Part shown: positions 53,955 through 63,328 of the stretch, piece after piece
How positions within the stretch are numbered: the stretch's first letter is position 1
Layout of the letters: each line of letters begins with the position of its first letter
DNA from: Nitrospira sp.
Lineage (GTDB): Bacteria; Nitrospirota; Nitrospiria; Nitrospirales; Nitrospiraceae
Length of the DNA: 64,000 nucleotides
Reading direction: 5' to 3'
NCBI GenBank assembly: GCA_022842445.1
Contig: JALHPO010000001.1
Span: forward strand, 144,482-208,481
The notes under the pieces: generated by a model
What the model was told of the DNA's origin: nothing
Databases searched by the model: none
What the model saw: the letters and a program-made list of their open reading frames with translations, nothing else
Made by a program: the position numbers and the translations under genes

Positions 53955-53963
53955 ACTAAGTAC

Positions 53964-53990
53964 AAACCCTACTTATTCCCGGCGTGTTCC
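53964..53990. repeat. 27-bp direct repeat, copy 1
   Basis: aaaccctacttattcccggcgtgttcc, against aaaccctacgtgttcccggcgtgttcc at 54809-54835 (2 mismatches). Confidence 0.6.
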
Positions 53991-54105
53991 CTCCACAGCA
54001 CAAACCCGCCGACATCCGCTGAATTCTTGCAGTGCATGCGCGCTGTGTTATCTTGCGTCGAATCGCGGACAGTGACTCAATTGGCAACGGGAGACTGAGA
54101 GGGCT

Positions 54106-54672
54106 ATGGGAAAACAGGCCGAGTACAAAGGCTACACGATTGAATCCTCCCCACGTCCTGAAACGAACTGGGAGAAGTGGCGACTTCACATCTTCATTTC
54201 GGTCCAGCATCCACGAGGCATTCAGACCCGTGAATTTGACTCAGACGTTTTATACGCTACCGAACAAGAAGCTGATGTCCATGGGATTACCTTCGGGCAG
54301 CGGGTCATTGACGGGAAGGTAGTCGGGCTGACCGTCTGGGATATGAAATCGCAAGACCGTCGGACTACACCGCGATTCAAGGTCCAATTTCGCACGACGT
54401 TTTCTGCTTCTCCGAAATTAGATGCAACGGGAGCGATCCTTGATCTTTCGGCAGGTGGTTGTCGGGTTGAAAGTTCTGCGCCCCTGACACCTGGCATGCC
54501 GCTAGAGCTCCGCATCTTTGCCCCGGGCTTAGAATGGCCGCTGATGGTTGAGGCGGCAACGGTGCAGTGGGTGAGTGGTGGAACGTTCGGGCTGGCGTTC
54601 TTTCGGATCGCGGAGGCTGAGCGCGAACGGTTAGAGCGAGTCATCGAGGGGTTAACCGACAATACCGCCTGA
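54106..54672 (+). CDS. PilZ domain protein
   Basis: 188 aa. The C-terminal half reads RRTTPRFKVQFRTTF...GAILDLSAGGCRVESSAPLTPGMPLELRIF...VQWVSGGTFGLAFFRIAEAERERLERVI (RxxxR ... DxSxxG PilZ pattern). Confidence 0.65.
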   Translation: MGKQAEYKGYTIESSPRPETNWEKWRLHIFISVQHPRGIQTREFDSDVLYATEQEADVHGITFGQRVIDGKVVGLTVWDMKSQDRRTTPRFKVQFRTTFSASPKLDATGAILDLSAGGCRVESSAPLTPGMPLELRIFAPGLEWPLMVEAATVQWVSGGTFGLAFFRIAEAERERLERVIEGLTDNTA

Positions 54673-54808
54673 AGGACACGCGCTACACATTTCCTGCTCG
54701 TTGTGAAACATCTTTCCCCGTTCATCCCCACATAACTGCTTGAAGTTTCGTCGGTGGGCCTTTCATCGTGCCGTCTGTCCCTCGGCACCGATCCTCAAAC
54801 ATAGATAT

Positions 54809-54835
54809 AAACCCTACGTGTTCCCGGCGTGTTCC
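54809..54835. repeat. 27-bp direct repeat, copy 2
   Basis: See copy 1. The two copies bracket only the PilZ gene. Confidence 0.6.
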
Positions 54836-54968
54836 TTTTTCGACAAAAATCGACTGAAACGACCTCATTCCACCTGAATAAAACTGAACACCAAAACACG
54901 ATAAACACCGCTCTGGGAGAGGCGCTTTGCTATTCTATCAAGGGGTTACGTGGAAGGGCCTGAAAAGA

Positions 54969-55007
54969 TTAGAAGGCTGATGCTCTATCCGACTGAGCTA
55001 CGGGCGC
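54969..55007. repeat. 39-bp copy of the tRNA-Arg 5' half (putative distal att site of island B)
   Basis: ttagaaggctgatgctctatccgactgagctacgggcgc is identical to 30476-30514, which is tRNA positions 1-39 (5' end through the anticodon loop). Confidence 0.85.
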
Positions 55008-55374
55008 ACGCTTTTACTTTCAAGTACTTGCGGGGACTGCACCTCCGATTCGGATTCGGATTTTACACTATGTGCCTGTTTGTGTGTCCAACTTTCTTGT
55101 CCCCAGGGCCCGAGAGATACGCACATGGTTGTACGCCCCAGCAAGGACCTGTACAGCTCTGATCCAGAGCAGAACGCGATCAGATCACTACGGCGTGCTG
55201 AACACGTATATTTTCGACCCATTGCAGTGTTGATGCTTTCTCACGGCCACTCGGAGGGGCGACATTGGTTAATCCCGTCGCCTAGGGTTCGTTCCAGGTT
55301 CGGCCCTATCAAATCTATCTTAAGCTGCGGGGGGTTACGTATGGCGAGGAAGGCAATCAGTCGAGGTAAGCAAT

Positions 55375-55650
55375 ATGAGCAAATTAGATGTCGCAACAAG
55401 AGAAAGATCGGCGGCTTCTTTGCCGGTCAAAAGCGCAATCAGGCTGAAAGCCGGGATACGAAGGAAGGGAATCTTACGAGATACGCTTCACGACGGCCGC
55501 GTCATGATTTTTGCGGGCGGCATTCCCCTGAAACGAGACGGCAAAGTGGTGGGCGCCATTGGCGTGAGCGGCGGATCGGGCGAGCATGATCAGGCCGTTG
55601 AGGAGCCGGTGCCGCCGCTTTTAAATAAAGAGTGGTCGTTGAAACCGTAG
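55375..55650 (+). pseudogene. GlcG/HbpS (DUF336)-like fragment, N-terminus missing
   Basis: Only the distal part of the family is recognisable (LDVATRERSAAS..., FAGGIPLKRDGKVVGAIGVSGGSGEHDQAV). Full-length members are about 140 aa with ~55 more N-terminal residues. Confidence 0.4.
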
Positions 55651-55676
55651 CATAAGCATAAAAGGAGAACGCAATT

Positions 55677-56876
55677 GTGGCAAGCAATCGCGCACTCGCG
55701 TATATGGGACCTCGGAAGGTAGAAGTCACGACTCTTGATTATCCTAAACTCGTCGGCCCGGGCGGCAGAAAGTGTGATCATGGGGCCATTCTCAAACTGA
55801 TTGTCACGAATATTTGCGGCAGCGACCAGCACATTTACCGGGGACGTTTTCCGGCTCCAAAGGGCATGGTGATGGGTCATGAGATGACCGGAGAAGTCGT
55901 CGAGGTGGGCCGGGACGTGGAGTTCATCCACACCGGAGACATCTGCTCAGTCCCGTTCAATGTTTCTTGCGGGCGTTGCCGCAACTGCATGGAGCGTCAC
56001 ACCGACGTATGCATGAACGTCAATGACCAAGGCATTGATTGCGGCGCCTACGGTTTCAACCTCGGCGGCTGGCAAGGCGGGCAAGCCGACTACCTCATGG
56101 TCCCCTACGCCGATTGGAATCTTCTGCGGTTCCCCGACAGGGATCAGGCTATGGCAAAGATCAAAGATCTGACCTTTCTCTCGGATATCTTGCCGACCGG
56201 TTTCCACGGGTGCGTCGTGGCGGGAGTCTCGACGGGATCGACAGTATATATTGCCGGGGCCGGACCGGTGGGTCGGGCCGCCGCTGCCGGAGCCCGCTTG
56301 TTAGGGGCGTCATGCATCATCGTCGGGGACACAGATCAGGGCCGACTCGAAGTCGTGAAGAAGGCCGGCTATGAAATCGTAGATCTCTCCAAGAGCACTC
56401 CCCTCCCTGACCAGATCGAAGAAATCCTGGGGCATCGGGAGGTGGATTGCGGAGTCGACTGCGTGGGTTTCGAGGCCCATGGCCACGGCCCGGGCGCGGA
56501 GGATGATCCCGTGGCGGTACTCAACGGGCTACTCGAGATTGTTCGCGCCGGCGGCGGAATGGGTATTCCAGGCATCTATACGGCAGGCGATGCCGAGGCT
56601 AAGACTGAAGCAGTCAAAAAAGGAACCTATGGCCTCGATTTCGGAAAGGCATGGATCAAATCGCCGTCGCTGACCGCGGGCCAATGCCCGGTCAAGAAAT
56701 ACAACAGGAACCTGATGATGGCGATCCTGTGGGACCGAATGCCTTATTTGAGCGAGGTGATGAACGTCGAGGTGGTTTCACTTGATCAGGCGCCGGAGGC
56801 ATACCGGCTCTTCGATGAGGGCTCGCCTAAAAAGTACCTCATTGACCCGCATGGCAGCCTGAAGAAAGCCGCATGA
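55677..56876 (+). CDS. fdhA: glutathione-independent formaldehyde dehydrogenase-like Zn-dependent dehydrogenase
   Basis: 399 aa. ASNRALAYMGPRKVEV...ILKLIVTNICGSDQHIYRGRF, GHEMTGEVVEVG and AGAGPVGRAAAAGA are typical of FdhA-type MDR enzymes. AAGGAG RBS, GTG start. Confidence 0.8.
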   Translation: MASNRALAYMGPRKVEVTTLDYPKLVGPGGRKCDHGAILKLIVTNICGSDQHIYRGRFPAPKGMVMGHEMTGEVVEVGRDVEFIHTGDICSVPFNVSCGRCRNCMERHTDVCMNVNDQGIDCGAYGFNLGGWQGGQADYLMVPYADWNLLRFPDRDQAMAKIKDLTFLSDILPTGFHGCVVAGVSTGSTVYIAGAGPVGRAAAAGARLLGASCIIVGDTDQGRLEVVKKAGYEIVDLSKSTPLPDQIEEILGHREVDCGVDCVGFEAHGHGPGAEDDPVAVLNGLLEIVRAGGGMGIPGIYTAGDAEAKTEAVKKGTYGLDFGKAWIKSPSLTAGQCPVKKYNRNLMMAILWDRMPYLSEVMNVEVVSLDQAPEAYRLFDEGSPKKYLIDPHGSLKKAA

Positions 56877-56941
56877 GGAAAAGAGCCCGTGGACCAGATT
56901 CATAAGCGACGAAAAGTCCGCCGGGCAATGCCTGATCGAGC

Positions 56942-57190
56942 GTGGTGGTCTTACTTTCCCAACATATTGTTGGAGGAGGAACCGTGATGATTCAGACTCA
57001 GGAACTGCCGGCGGTCAAGCCGCAGGGCGTGTTAGAGCCGGTCGCCTACTTTGACGGCGCCATGCTGACCGGCGTGACGGTGTCTCACGAAGGACGAATC
57101 TTCGTCAATTCTCCGAGATGGGCCGACAAGGTCTTCTATATGGAGGCTGAAATCAAAAATGGGCAACCGGTTAGTACCACCGGCAGCTGA
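56942..57190 (+). pseudogene. N-terminal fragment of an MRJP/yellow-like (SMP-30-like beta-propeller) gene
   Basis: LEPVAYFDGAMLTGVTVSHEGRIFVNSPRWAD resembles the first blade of bacterial major-royal-jelly-family proteins. The ORF stops after 82 aa. Confidence 0.35.
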
Positions 57191-57346
57191 TGCAAGCCAT
57201 TCTCTACGGCAAGATTCAGCCGGCCAAGGCGATGGATGTGGCGATGATTACGCTGGACCAGGCGCCTCAGGCCTATAAAGAGTTCGACACGGTGTTGCCG
57301 AATGTTTGTCCTTGATCCCCACAATAGCCTGAAGAAAGTTGCCTAG
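57184..57346 (+). pseudogene. C-terminal remnant of a second fdhA-like gene (frameshifted)
   Basis: QLMQAILYGKIQPAKAMDVAMITLDQAPQAYKEFD then, out of frame, LDPHNSLKKVA*. This parallels the intact FdhA tail NLMMAILWDRMPYLSEVMNVEVVSLDQAPEAYRLFDEGSPKKYLIDPHGSLKKAA. Confidence 0.5.
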
Positions 57347-57364
57347 AAGAGGAGAGGACTTATT

Positions 57365-57886
57365 ATGAGTACTGATAAACACAAGCAAGAAATTTTTAAT
57401 CAGACTTCTGTGCTCAAACCCGGCGATCCGGCGCCCGATTTCGCGCTGCGAAGTACGCCCGATCAACTCGTCTCGTTGCGGGAATTCCACGGCGCTCCCG
57501 TGATCCTTGCGTTCTACCCGGCAGATTGGAGTCCGGTCTGTGGGGACCAGATGGCGTTGTACAACGAACTCCTGCCGGAGTTTCGCCGCTTGAACGCGGC
57601 ACTGATCGGTATTTCGGTTGATGGCATCTGGTGCCACCTCGCCTTCGCGAAGGATCGCAAGTTGCGGTTTCCATTGCTGGCGGACTTCGAGCCCAAAGGC
57701 GCGGTCGCTCGCGCATACGGTGCCTATCGCCAACAAGACGGCGTTTCCGAGCGCGCACTCTTTGTGATCGATGCCGAGGGGACGATTCGCTGGAGCTATG
57801 TGTCCCCAGTCGGCGTCAATCCCGGCGCCGATGGGATACTCGCGGCCCTTGAAGCACTTCCGTCAAAGCAAGAGGTGCCGGCATGA
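57365..57886 (+). CDS. peroxiredoxin (AhpC/TSA family, AhpE/Bcp-like)
   Basis: PAPDFALRSTPDQLVSLREFHGAPVILAFYPADWSPVCGDQM carries the PxxxSxxC peroxidatic site context. Confidence 0.85.
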   Translation: MSTDKHKQEIFNQTSVLKPGDPAPDFALRSTPDQLVSLREFHGAPVILAFYPADWSPVCGDQMALYNELLPEFRRLNAALIGISVDGIWCHLAFAKDRKLRFPLLADFEPKGAVARAYGAYRQQDGVSERALFVIDAEGTIRWSYVSPVGVNPGADGILAALEALPSKQEVPA

Positions 57887-57977
57887 CACCAAGAGCTGCC
57901 ACCAATAGGCCTGAGATCCTGCTTACTGCGCGTCAGGTCGGTCAAGATCAAACGGTTCTGGTAGCGGTGGTCTAAGA

Positions 57978-58937
57978 GTGAACAAACCGGCCCACGTAGC
58001 TGACAGCTACAGCTTTCAAAAGATGTTCGAGCGGGGCCGTTTGACCCTCGGCGTCTTTTTTCCGATCGAGGCGTTCCAACGAGACGAGCCGACGATGCGC
58101 AACCAGGAACATCTGGCTCGCCGGGCCGAAGAGTTGGGTTTCGCTGCGCTCTGGTTTCGTGACGTGCCATTGCGCGACCCGAACTTCGGCGACATCGGGC
58201 AGGTCTATGATCCGTGGGTGTATCTCGGTTGGATCGCGGCCCAGACGCGCAGGATCGCACTCGCCACCGGTTCGATCATTCTCCCCGTGCGCCACCCGTT
58301 ACATACTGCCAAGGCAGCGGCCTCAGTCGACCAGCTTTCGGGCGGCCGGCTTGTGCTCGGCGTCGCGTCCGGCGACCGGCCGATCGAGTTTCCGGCATTC
58401 GGCATCGACTTCGATACCCGCGATGCCCTCTTCCGCGAGAACCTCCGCGTCATTCGCGAAGTGCTCGCCGAAGAATTCCCGACGGTTCAATCGCTCTATG
58501 GCTCATTGCTCGGGACGGCCGACCTCGTGCCCAAGCCGGTCGGTCGGATGCCGATCCTGGTCACCGGCAGCAGCCGACAGACCCTAGAATGGATCGCCGA
58601 GCATTCGGACGGCTGGATCACCTACCCGCGTCCCCTCGAACAGCAGGCGGAACTCGTCGCGCGCTGGCGCGCCGCCGTGGCAACTGTGGCGCAGGAGGAA
58701 TTCAAACCATTCACCCAGTCGTTCTACCTCGATCTGGCTGACGCCCCGGACGAACCGCCGACGCCGATCCATCTAGGCTTTCGCGGCGGACGGAACTTCA
58801 TCTTTCGTTTCTTCGACGCATTGCGCAAGGCCGGCGTCAACCACGTCATTCTGAACCTCAAGTACGGCAGACGCGAGGCGAAAGATGTTCTCGAAGAAGT
58901 CGGACAGGAAATCCTGCCGCAACTTGAGGCCAGCTAA
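57978..58937 (+). CDS. LLM-class (luciferase-like) flavin-dependent oxidoreductase
   Basis: GVFFPIEAF...LARRAEELGFAALWFRDVPL...LATGSIILPVRHPLHTAKAAASVDQLSGGRLVLGVASGDRPIEFPAFG is the typical LLM pattern. Confidence 0.8.
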   Translation: MNKPAHVADSYSFQKMFERGRLTLGVFFPIEAFQRDEPTMRNQEHLARRAEELGFAALWFRDVPLRDPNFGDIGQVYDPWVYLGWIAAQTRRIALATGSIILPVRHPLHTAKAAASVDQLSGGRLVLGVASGDRPIEFPAFGIDFDTRDALFRENLRVIREVLAEEFPTVQSLYGSLLGTADLVPKPVGRMPILVTGSSRQTLEWIAEHSDGWITYPRPLEQQAELVARWRAAVATVAQEEFKPFTQSFYLDLADAPDEPPTPIHLGFRGGRNFIFRFFDALRKAGVNHVILNLKYGRREAKDVLEEVGQEILPQLEAS

Positions 58938-59073
58938 CCGCCTGCGGTGCCGCATCTCGCGTGGTGTAAACGCGAGGCGGTGACACAGAGGTATTGAAAG
59001 GGGTCCACGGTGAGCAGCACACCAACCATGAGAAACACAGTCGAGCAGGAGCGACGCATCAGGAGGTGCCGGT

Positions 59074-59619
59074 ATGACCAGAAGAGCCGAGGCCAAGCTG
59101 ACTGTCCCAGTGGGCGAGCGCGATCACATTCAGGGACCGACAGAGGCGCCCGTCACCCTCGTGGAATACGGCGATTATGAATGTCCCTATTGCGGTCAAG
59201 CCTATTTCGTAGTGAAAGAGCTCCAGCGGCTGCTGGGAAATCGCCTGCGTTTCGTGTTTCGCAACTTCCCACTGACGACGGTGCACCCCTACGCCCAACA
59301 TGCCGCGGAAGCGGCAGAGGCGGCTGGAGCGCAGGGCAAGTTCTGGGAGATGCACGATCATCTGTTCGAACATCAACAGGAGCTGGACGACAAACATCTG
59401 AAAAAATATGCCGCCCAACTCGGTCTGGATCTATCTCGCTTCAATCGGGACATGAGCGAACACCGCTATGCGGCGCGGATACGCGAAGACCTGCTCAGCG
59501 GAGTGCGCTGCGGCGTCAACGGCACGCCGACGTTTTGCATCAACGGAGTGCGCTACGATGGCGCTCCCGACCTCGATTCCATGGTGGCTGCTATCAAAGA
59601 AGCAGTCGCCTCGGTGTGA
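59074..59619 (+). CDS. DsbA-family thiol:disulfide oxidoreductase
   Basis: APVTLVEYGDYECPYCGQAY (CPYC active site) ... GVNGTPTFCINGVRYDG. Confidence 0.8.
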   Translation: MTRRAEAKLTVPVGERDHIQGPTEAPVTLVEYGDYECPYCGQAYFVVKELQRLLGNRLRFVFRNFPLTTVHPYAQHAAEAAEAAGAQGKFWEMHDHLFEHQQELDDKHLKKYAAQLGLDLSRFNRDMSEHRYAARIREDLLSGVRCGVNGTPTFCINGVRYDGAPDLDSMVAAIKEAVASV

Positions 59620-59681
59620 GGCCGCATGACGAAAGCAGATAGTGCAGACTGAGGTACAAGCCGATTTGAAAGGAGATAGAC

Positions 59682-60095
59682 ATGGTTAAAGAGGATGGAA
59701 ACATGGTGAAGGTCGCGTTATTCGTGAGACTGGAAGCCAAGACGGGAAAAGAAGCGGACGTCGAGAAATTCCTTCGTGGAGGCCTGGAGATTGTTCAAGA
59801 GGAACCAGCGACGACGACCTGGTACGGTATCAAACTGGGTCCCTCGACGTTCGGCATCTTTGACACGTTTCCAACTGTTCTGGACGACAACGAGTCCTTG
59901 GCGATCACAGCATGGTGCTGTCCGAATTGTGGAAGTGAAATGGAGGAGATTCAAGCCCTGTCAGGGCATGAAAACAGGCAGCCACGCCGGATTCGGTATG
60001 CCATCAAACCACACGCTCGTGGGGCAGATGGAGACGCCGCCGAGGATTGGTTCCAGGTGGAGCAGGAACTCCAAGCAAGACAACCAGAGCTGTAA
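59682..60095 (+). pseudogene. chimeric ORF: duplicated ABM-monooxygenase N-terminus fused to unrelated sequence with a DUF2934-like tail
   Basis: The first 64 aa parallel the intact gene at 60743. Similarity stops at nt 59874. The tail contains GDAAEDWFQVEQEL (a DUF2934-like motif). Confidence 0.4.
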
Positions 60096-60225
60096 TGTGG
60101 ATCGAAAGAAAATCCCAAACGGACGTGTCCGTACGCTGAGCACGTATGCCGCAGTGCTCGGTAGATCGGCCACTATCATGAGAGCGGTGGGGCAACTAAC
60201 TTTCAACATACAAGGAGAGGTCACC

Positions 60226-60525
60226 ATGATACAGAGGATAAAATTGGGATTTATTATTGCAGTCGTTCCTTTTTTAATGGCCACGGTTATTTTCGCAGTT
60301 AGTACCAATGCAGTAAGTGAAGGAGGAAACGATCCTTCTGAGATGCAAAGAGAAAAAGACGGTAGTGTCAGTAAAGCAGAATTCATGAAACACCACCAGT
60401 GGATGTTTGAGCAAAACGACACAAACAACAATGGTTACCTTGATATCAATGAAATGAAAAGCCTACACATAATGGTGAAAAAAATGCACGAGCGCTTTGA
60501 TGAGCGCTATGGACAAAAAAACTAG
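60226..60525 (+). CDS. small secreted EF-hand protein
   Basis: ORF 59776..60525 trimmed to MIQRIKLGFIIAVVPFLMATVIFAVS (AAGGAGAGG RBS). It has a canonical EF-hand loop DTNNNGYLDINE. AT-richer by eye. Confidence 0.6.
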   Translation: MIQRIKLGFIIAVVPFLMATVIFAVSTNAVSEGGNDPSEMQREKDGSVSKAEFMKHHQWMFEQNDTNNNGYLDINEMKSLHIMVKKMHERFDERYGQKN

Positions 60526-60742
60526 CTAGCGTATCGGTATTTACTCGAAGCCTTAGCCGACAGCATTTTTTACACTGTCGACTAGACAGTGTCGTCACAA
60601 GACAGCCGCCCAAAGGGCGATGCACCTGATGTGCACGGCGGCATGGACTTAAGAGAGTTTAGTCTCTACAACTGGCGCGGCGGCGGGTGAGGAGAACCGC
60701 AAGGGCAAACTGACGCACAAGCGGGCAGGAAAGGAGATCGAC

Positions 60743-61066
60743 ATGGTTAAAGGAGATGGAAGCATGGTGAAGCTCGGGTTGTTCGTAAGACTGGAAGCCA
60801 AGCCGGGGAAGGAAGCGGACGTAGAAAAGTTCCTTTTGGGCGGCCTGCCAATCGTTCAAGAAGAACTGGCGACGACGACCTGGTACGGTATCAAACTGGG
60901 TCCCTCGACGTTCGGCATCTTTGACACGTTTCCAAACGAGGCGGGCCGGCAAGCCCATCTCTCCGGCAAAGTCGCTGCGGCGCTCATGGCGAAAGCGCCC
61001 GAGTTGTTCGCAAAGCCGCCCGTTATCGAAAAAGTCGATGTCCTTGCGGCCAAGCTGCCGGGGTAG
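60743..61066 (+). CDS. antibiotic-biosynthesis-monooxygenase (ABM/Dabb) family protein
   Basis: 107 aa. VKLGLFVRLEAKPGKEADVEKFL...TTTWYGIKLGPSTFGIFDTFPNEAGRQAHLSGKVAAAL is the typical ABM ferredoxin-like fold pattern. Confidence 0.75.
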   Translation: MVKGDGSMVKLGLFVRLEAKPGKEADVEKFLLGGLPIVQEELATTTWYGIKLGPSTFGIFDTFPNEAGRQAHLSGKVAAALMAKAPELFAKPPVIEKVDVLAAKLPG

Positions 61067-61175
61067 AGCAGAGCGTATGACAAATGGGCTATTGCGTATG
61101 GCACAAGCAAGGAAACCTCTTTGATCGTGCTATCAGCTATATGCTCCTCTTTCATTAGGTAGAGACAGGTGAAAC

Positions 61176-61361
61176 ATGAAGACGCGGAAGCTGGGCAACC
61201 AGGGCCTGACCGTTTCTGTGATGGGCCTGGGTTGTATGGGCATGTTGGAGTTCTACGGTGGGGGCGATGAGCAGGAGTCGATCGCCACGATTCACCGCGC
61301 CCTCGAACTGGGCAACAAGCTCCTCGAAGGATACGAGGAGGCCGATCCGGCTTCATTCTGA
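61176..61361 (+). pseudogene. N-terminal fragment of an aldo/keto reductase
   Basis: [46 protein letters not shown] is a canonical AKR start, but the ORF ends after 61 aa. Confidence 0.5.
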
Positions 61362-61385
61362 TCACGGGCTGAAAGGAGAATCTCG

Positions 61386-62378
61386 ATGGCGATCTCGAAA
61401 ACAGCAAGACCCCGAACCGCGACCATTCCTGCCACCATGAAGGCCGCCGCAATCGACCGGTTCGGTCCGCCCTCAGCCCTTAAACTCCACACTCTACCGA
61501 CGCCGAAGCCAGGGCGTGGCCAGGTGCTGGTCGCGCTCCATACGGCCGGGGTCGGCATATGGGACGCGTCGATACGGGATGGATCCTGGCGGCCCAACGG
61601 ACGTCCCAAGTTTCCGCTCGTACCAGGCACCGACGGCGCCGGGACGGTTGCGGCAAAAGGGCCTGGCGTACGCCGATTCCGCATTGGTGAGCGGGTCCTC
61701 GCGAATGACTCCGGCTGTTATGCCGAGTACGTAGCGTTGGATGCCGACGGCGTCGGGCGCGTACCGCAACGCCTTGATTTCAAGCAGGCCGGCGCCGTGG
61801 CCACGACAGGATTGACGGCGCTCCAGGGAATCGACGCGCTGCGCCTGCGTCGGAGCCAGACGGTCTTGATCTATGGGGCCTCGGGCGCCGTAGGAACGCT
61901 CGCGGTCCAGTTCGCCAAGGCGAAACGGGCACGCGTACTGGCGACCGCATCAGGCCGGGAGGCCGCGACCCTCGTTCGCCGGCTCGGCGCGGACGCCGTG
62001 ATCGACGCACGAAGCAAGAGCGCCGTCGAACAGCTCCGGAAGCTGGCGCCGGACGGGATCGACGCCGCGCTGGTACTGACCGGAGGCGACTCGCTTGAGG
62101 GATGCCTCGATCTCGTCCGTGCCGGTGGACGGATCGCTTATCCCAACGGCGTCGAGCCTGAGCCTCGCCGCCGTCCGAAGATACGGCTGTTCGCCTACGA
62201 CGGCGAGGCAGGGCCACGGGAGTTCGCACAACTTGCGCGCGCCATAGACGGGGCCCGGCTCCGCGTACCGATTGCGGCGGTCTATCCGCTCGCGCAGGCG
62301 GCCAAGGCCCATGCACGACTCGAGCGCGGGCACGTCGTCGGGAGAATCGAGTTACAAATCCGCCGAGGACAAGGATGA
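61386..62378 (+). CDS. NADPH:quinone oxidoreductase / zinc-type alcohol dehydrogenase-like (MDR) protein
   Basis: MKAAAIDRFGPPSALKLHTLPTPKPGRGQVLVALHTAGVGIWD...IYGASGAVGTLAVQFAKA shows the quinone-oxidoreductase-type MDR pattern. Confidence 0.85.
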   Translation: MAISKTARPRTATIPATMKAAAIDRFGPPSALKLHTLPTPKPGRGQVLVALHTAGVGIWDASIRDGSWRPNGRPKFPLVPGTDGAGTVAAKGPGVRRFRIGERVLANDSGCYAEYVALDADGVGRVPQRLDFKQAGAVATTGLTALQGIDALRLRRSQTVLIYGASGAVGTLAVQFAKAKRARVLATASGREAATLVRRLGADAVIDARSKSAVEQLRKLAPDGIDAALVLTGGDSLEGCLDLVRAGGRIAYPNGVEPEPRRRPKIRLFAYDGEAGPREFAQLARAIDGARLRVPIAAVYPLAQAAKAHARLERGHVVGRIELQIRRGQG

Positions 62379-63226
62379 AGACAGCCGCCCACATAAAGAC
62401 AGTCATGCTGCCGGCGGGTGAGCGCGTGCCGGTGTTCGGTCAGGGGACGTGGTACATGGGGGAGGACCGGGCAAAACGCGCGGAGGAGATCGCCACTCTT
62501 CGGCTCGGTCTCGACCTCGGCCTCACCCTCATTGATACGGCGGAAATGTATGGCGAGGGCCAGGCAGAGGAACTGATCGCCGAGGCGATCGGTGACAGAC
62601 GCAACGAAGTGTTTCTGGTGAGTAAGGTCTATCCGCATAACGCCTCCCGCCAGGGAGCCGTAGCCGCCTGCGAGCGCAGCCTGCGTCGCATGAGGACCGA
62701 CAGGATCGATTTGTATCTCCTGCATTGGCGCGGCGATGTCCCGCTTGCCGAGACGATGGAGGCATTCATGGCGCTCCAACAGGCCGGCAAGATCCGCCAT
62801 TACGGGGTCAGCAACCTGGACCTTGCCGACATGGAAGAACTATGGACGGCTCCCGGCGGCCCGGCGGTAGTTACCGACCAGGTCCTCTACAACCTCGCGC
62901 GGCGCGGCATTGAATGGGACTTGTTGCCCTGGTTGCGCGAGCGGCGCCTCCCGGTCATGGCCTACTCCCCGACCGAGCGGGCAAAACTGCTCGACAATCC
63001 GAGGCTCGCCAAATTCGCGAAGGTCCACAGCATGACGTCGGCACAGGTTGTGCTAGCTTGGCTGCTCGCCCATGACGATGTCATCGTTATTTCGAAAACC
63101 AGCCGCCGCGAGCGGCTGAAGGAAAATGCAGGCGCGCTCGACCATCAGCTCACAAAGGAGCAGGTTGCCGAGCTTGATCGTCTATTTCCGGCGCCGAGGG
63201 GTCCAGTTCCTTTAGAGATGCTCTGA
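62375..63226 (+). CDS. aldo/keto reductase
   Basis: LPAGERVPVFGQGTWYMGE...LIDTAEMYGEGQAEELI...RIDLYLLHW. It overlaps the upstream stop by 4 nt. Confidence 0.85.
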   Translation: MKTAAHIKTVMLPAGERVPVFGQGTWYMGEDRAKRAEEIATLRLGLDLGLTLIDTAEMYGEGQAEELIAEAIGDRRNEVFLVSKVYPHNASRQGAVAACERSLRRMRTDRIDLYLLHWRGDVPLAETMEAFMALQQAGKIRHYGVSNLDLADMEELWTAPGGPAVVTDQVLYNLARRGIEWDLLPWLRERRLPVMAYSPTERAKLLDNPRLAKFAKVHSMTSAQVVLAWLLAHDDVIVISKTSRRERLKENAGALDHQLTKEQVAELDRLFPAPRGPVPLEML

Positions 63227-63328
63227 CCATGCCGACCTTTCCCATTGACTGAAAAAGAGAACGCAAGCTGGTTCACGAAAATTTTCAAAGGACTGAAATG
63301 ATTCATGCTCAAACAAAAGGAGTGTCCT

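Larger units (their letters stand above)
30515..54968. mobile_element. genomic island B (integrase + filamentous prophage + defence cargo) on the 5' side of tRNA-Arg
   Basis: Bounded by a 39-bp direct repeat (30476-30514 = 54969-55007). The tyrosine integrase sits 20 nt from the tRNA. Probably composite. Confidence 0.7.

Noticed and set aside
55080-55589. 169-aa + strand ORF just right of the tRNA remnant
   Set aside because: Arg/Ser-rich, no RBS or motifs, and it overlaps the frame carrying the recognisable GlcG-like residues. Most likely non-coding or decayed sequence.
59776-60525. 249-aa ORF spanning the chimeric ABM ORF and the EF-hand gene
   Set aside because: Only the last 99 codons look genuine (signal peptide, EF-hand loop, good RBS at the internal ATG 60226). 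The upstream part overlaps another frame with clear ABM homology.
61780-62406. 208-aa minus-strand ORF opposite the quinone oxidoreductase
   Set aside because: The Arg/Pro-rich translation is an antisense shadow of a well-supported MDR-family gene.
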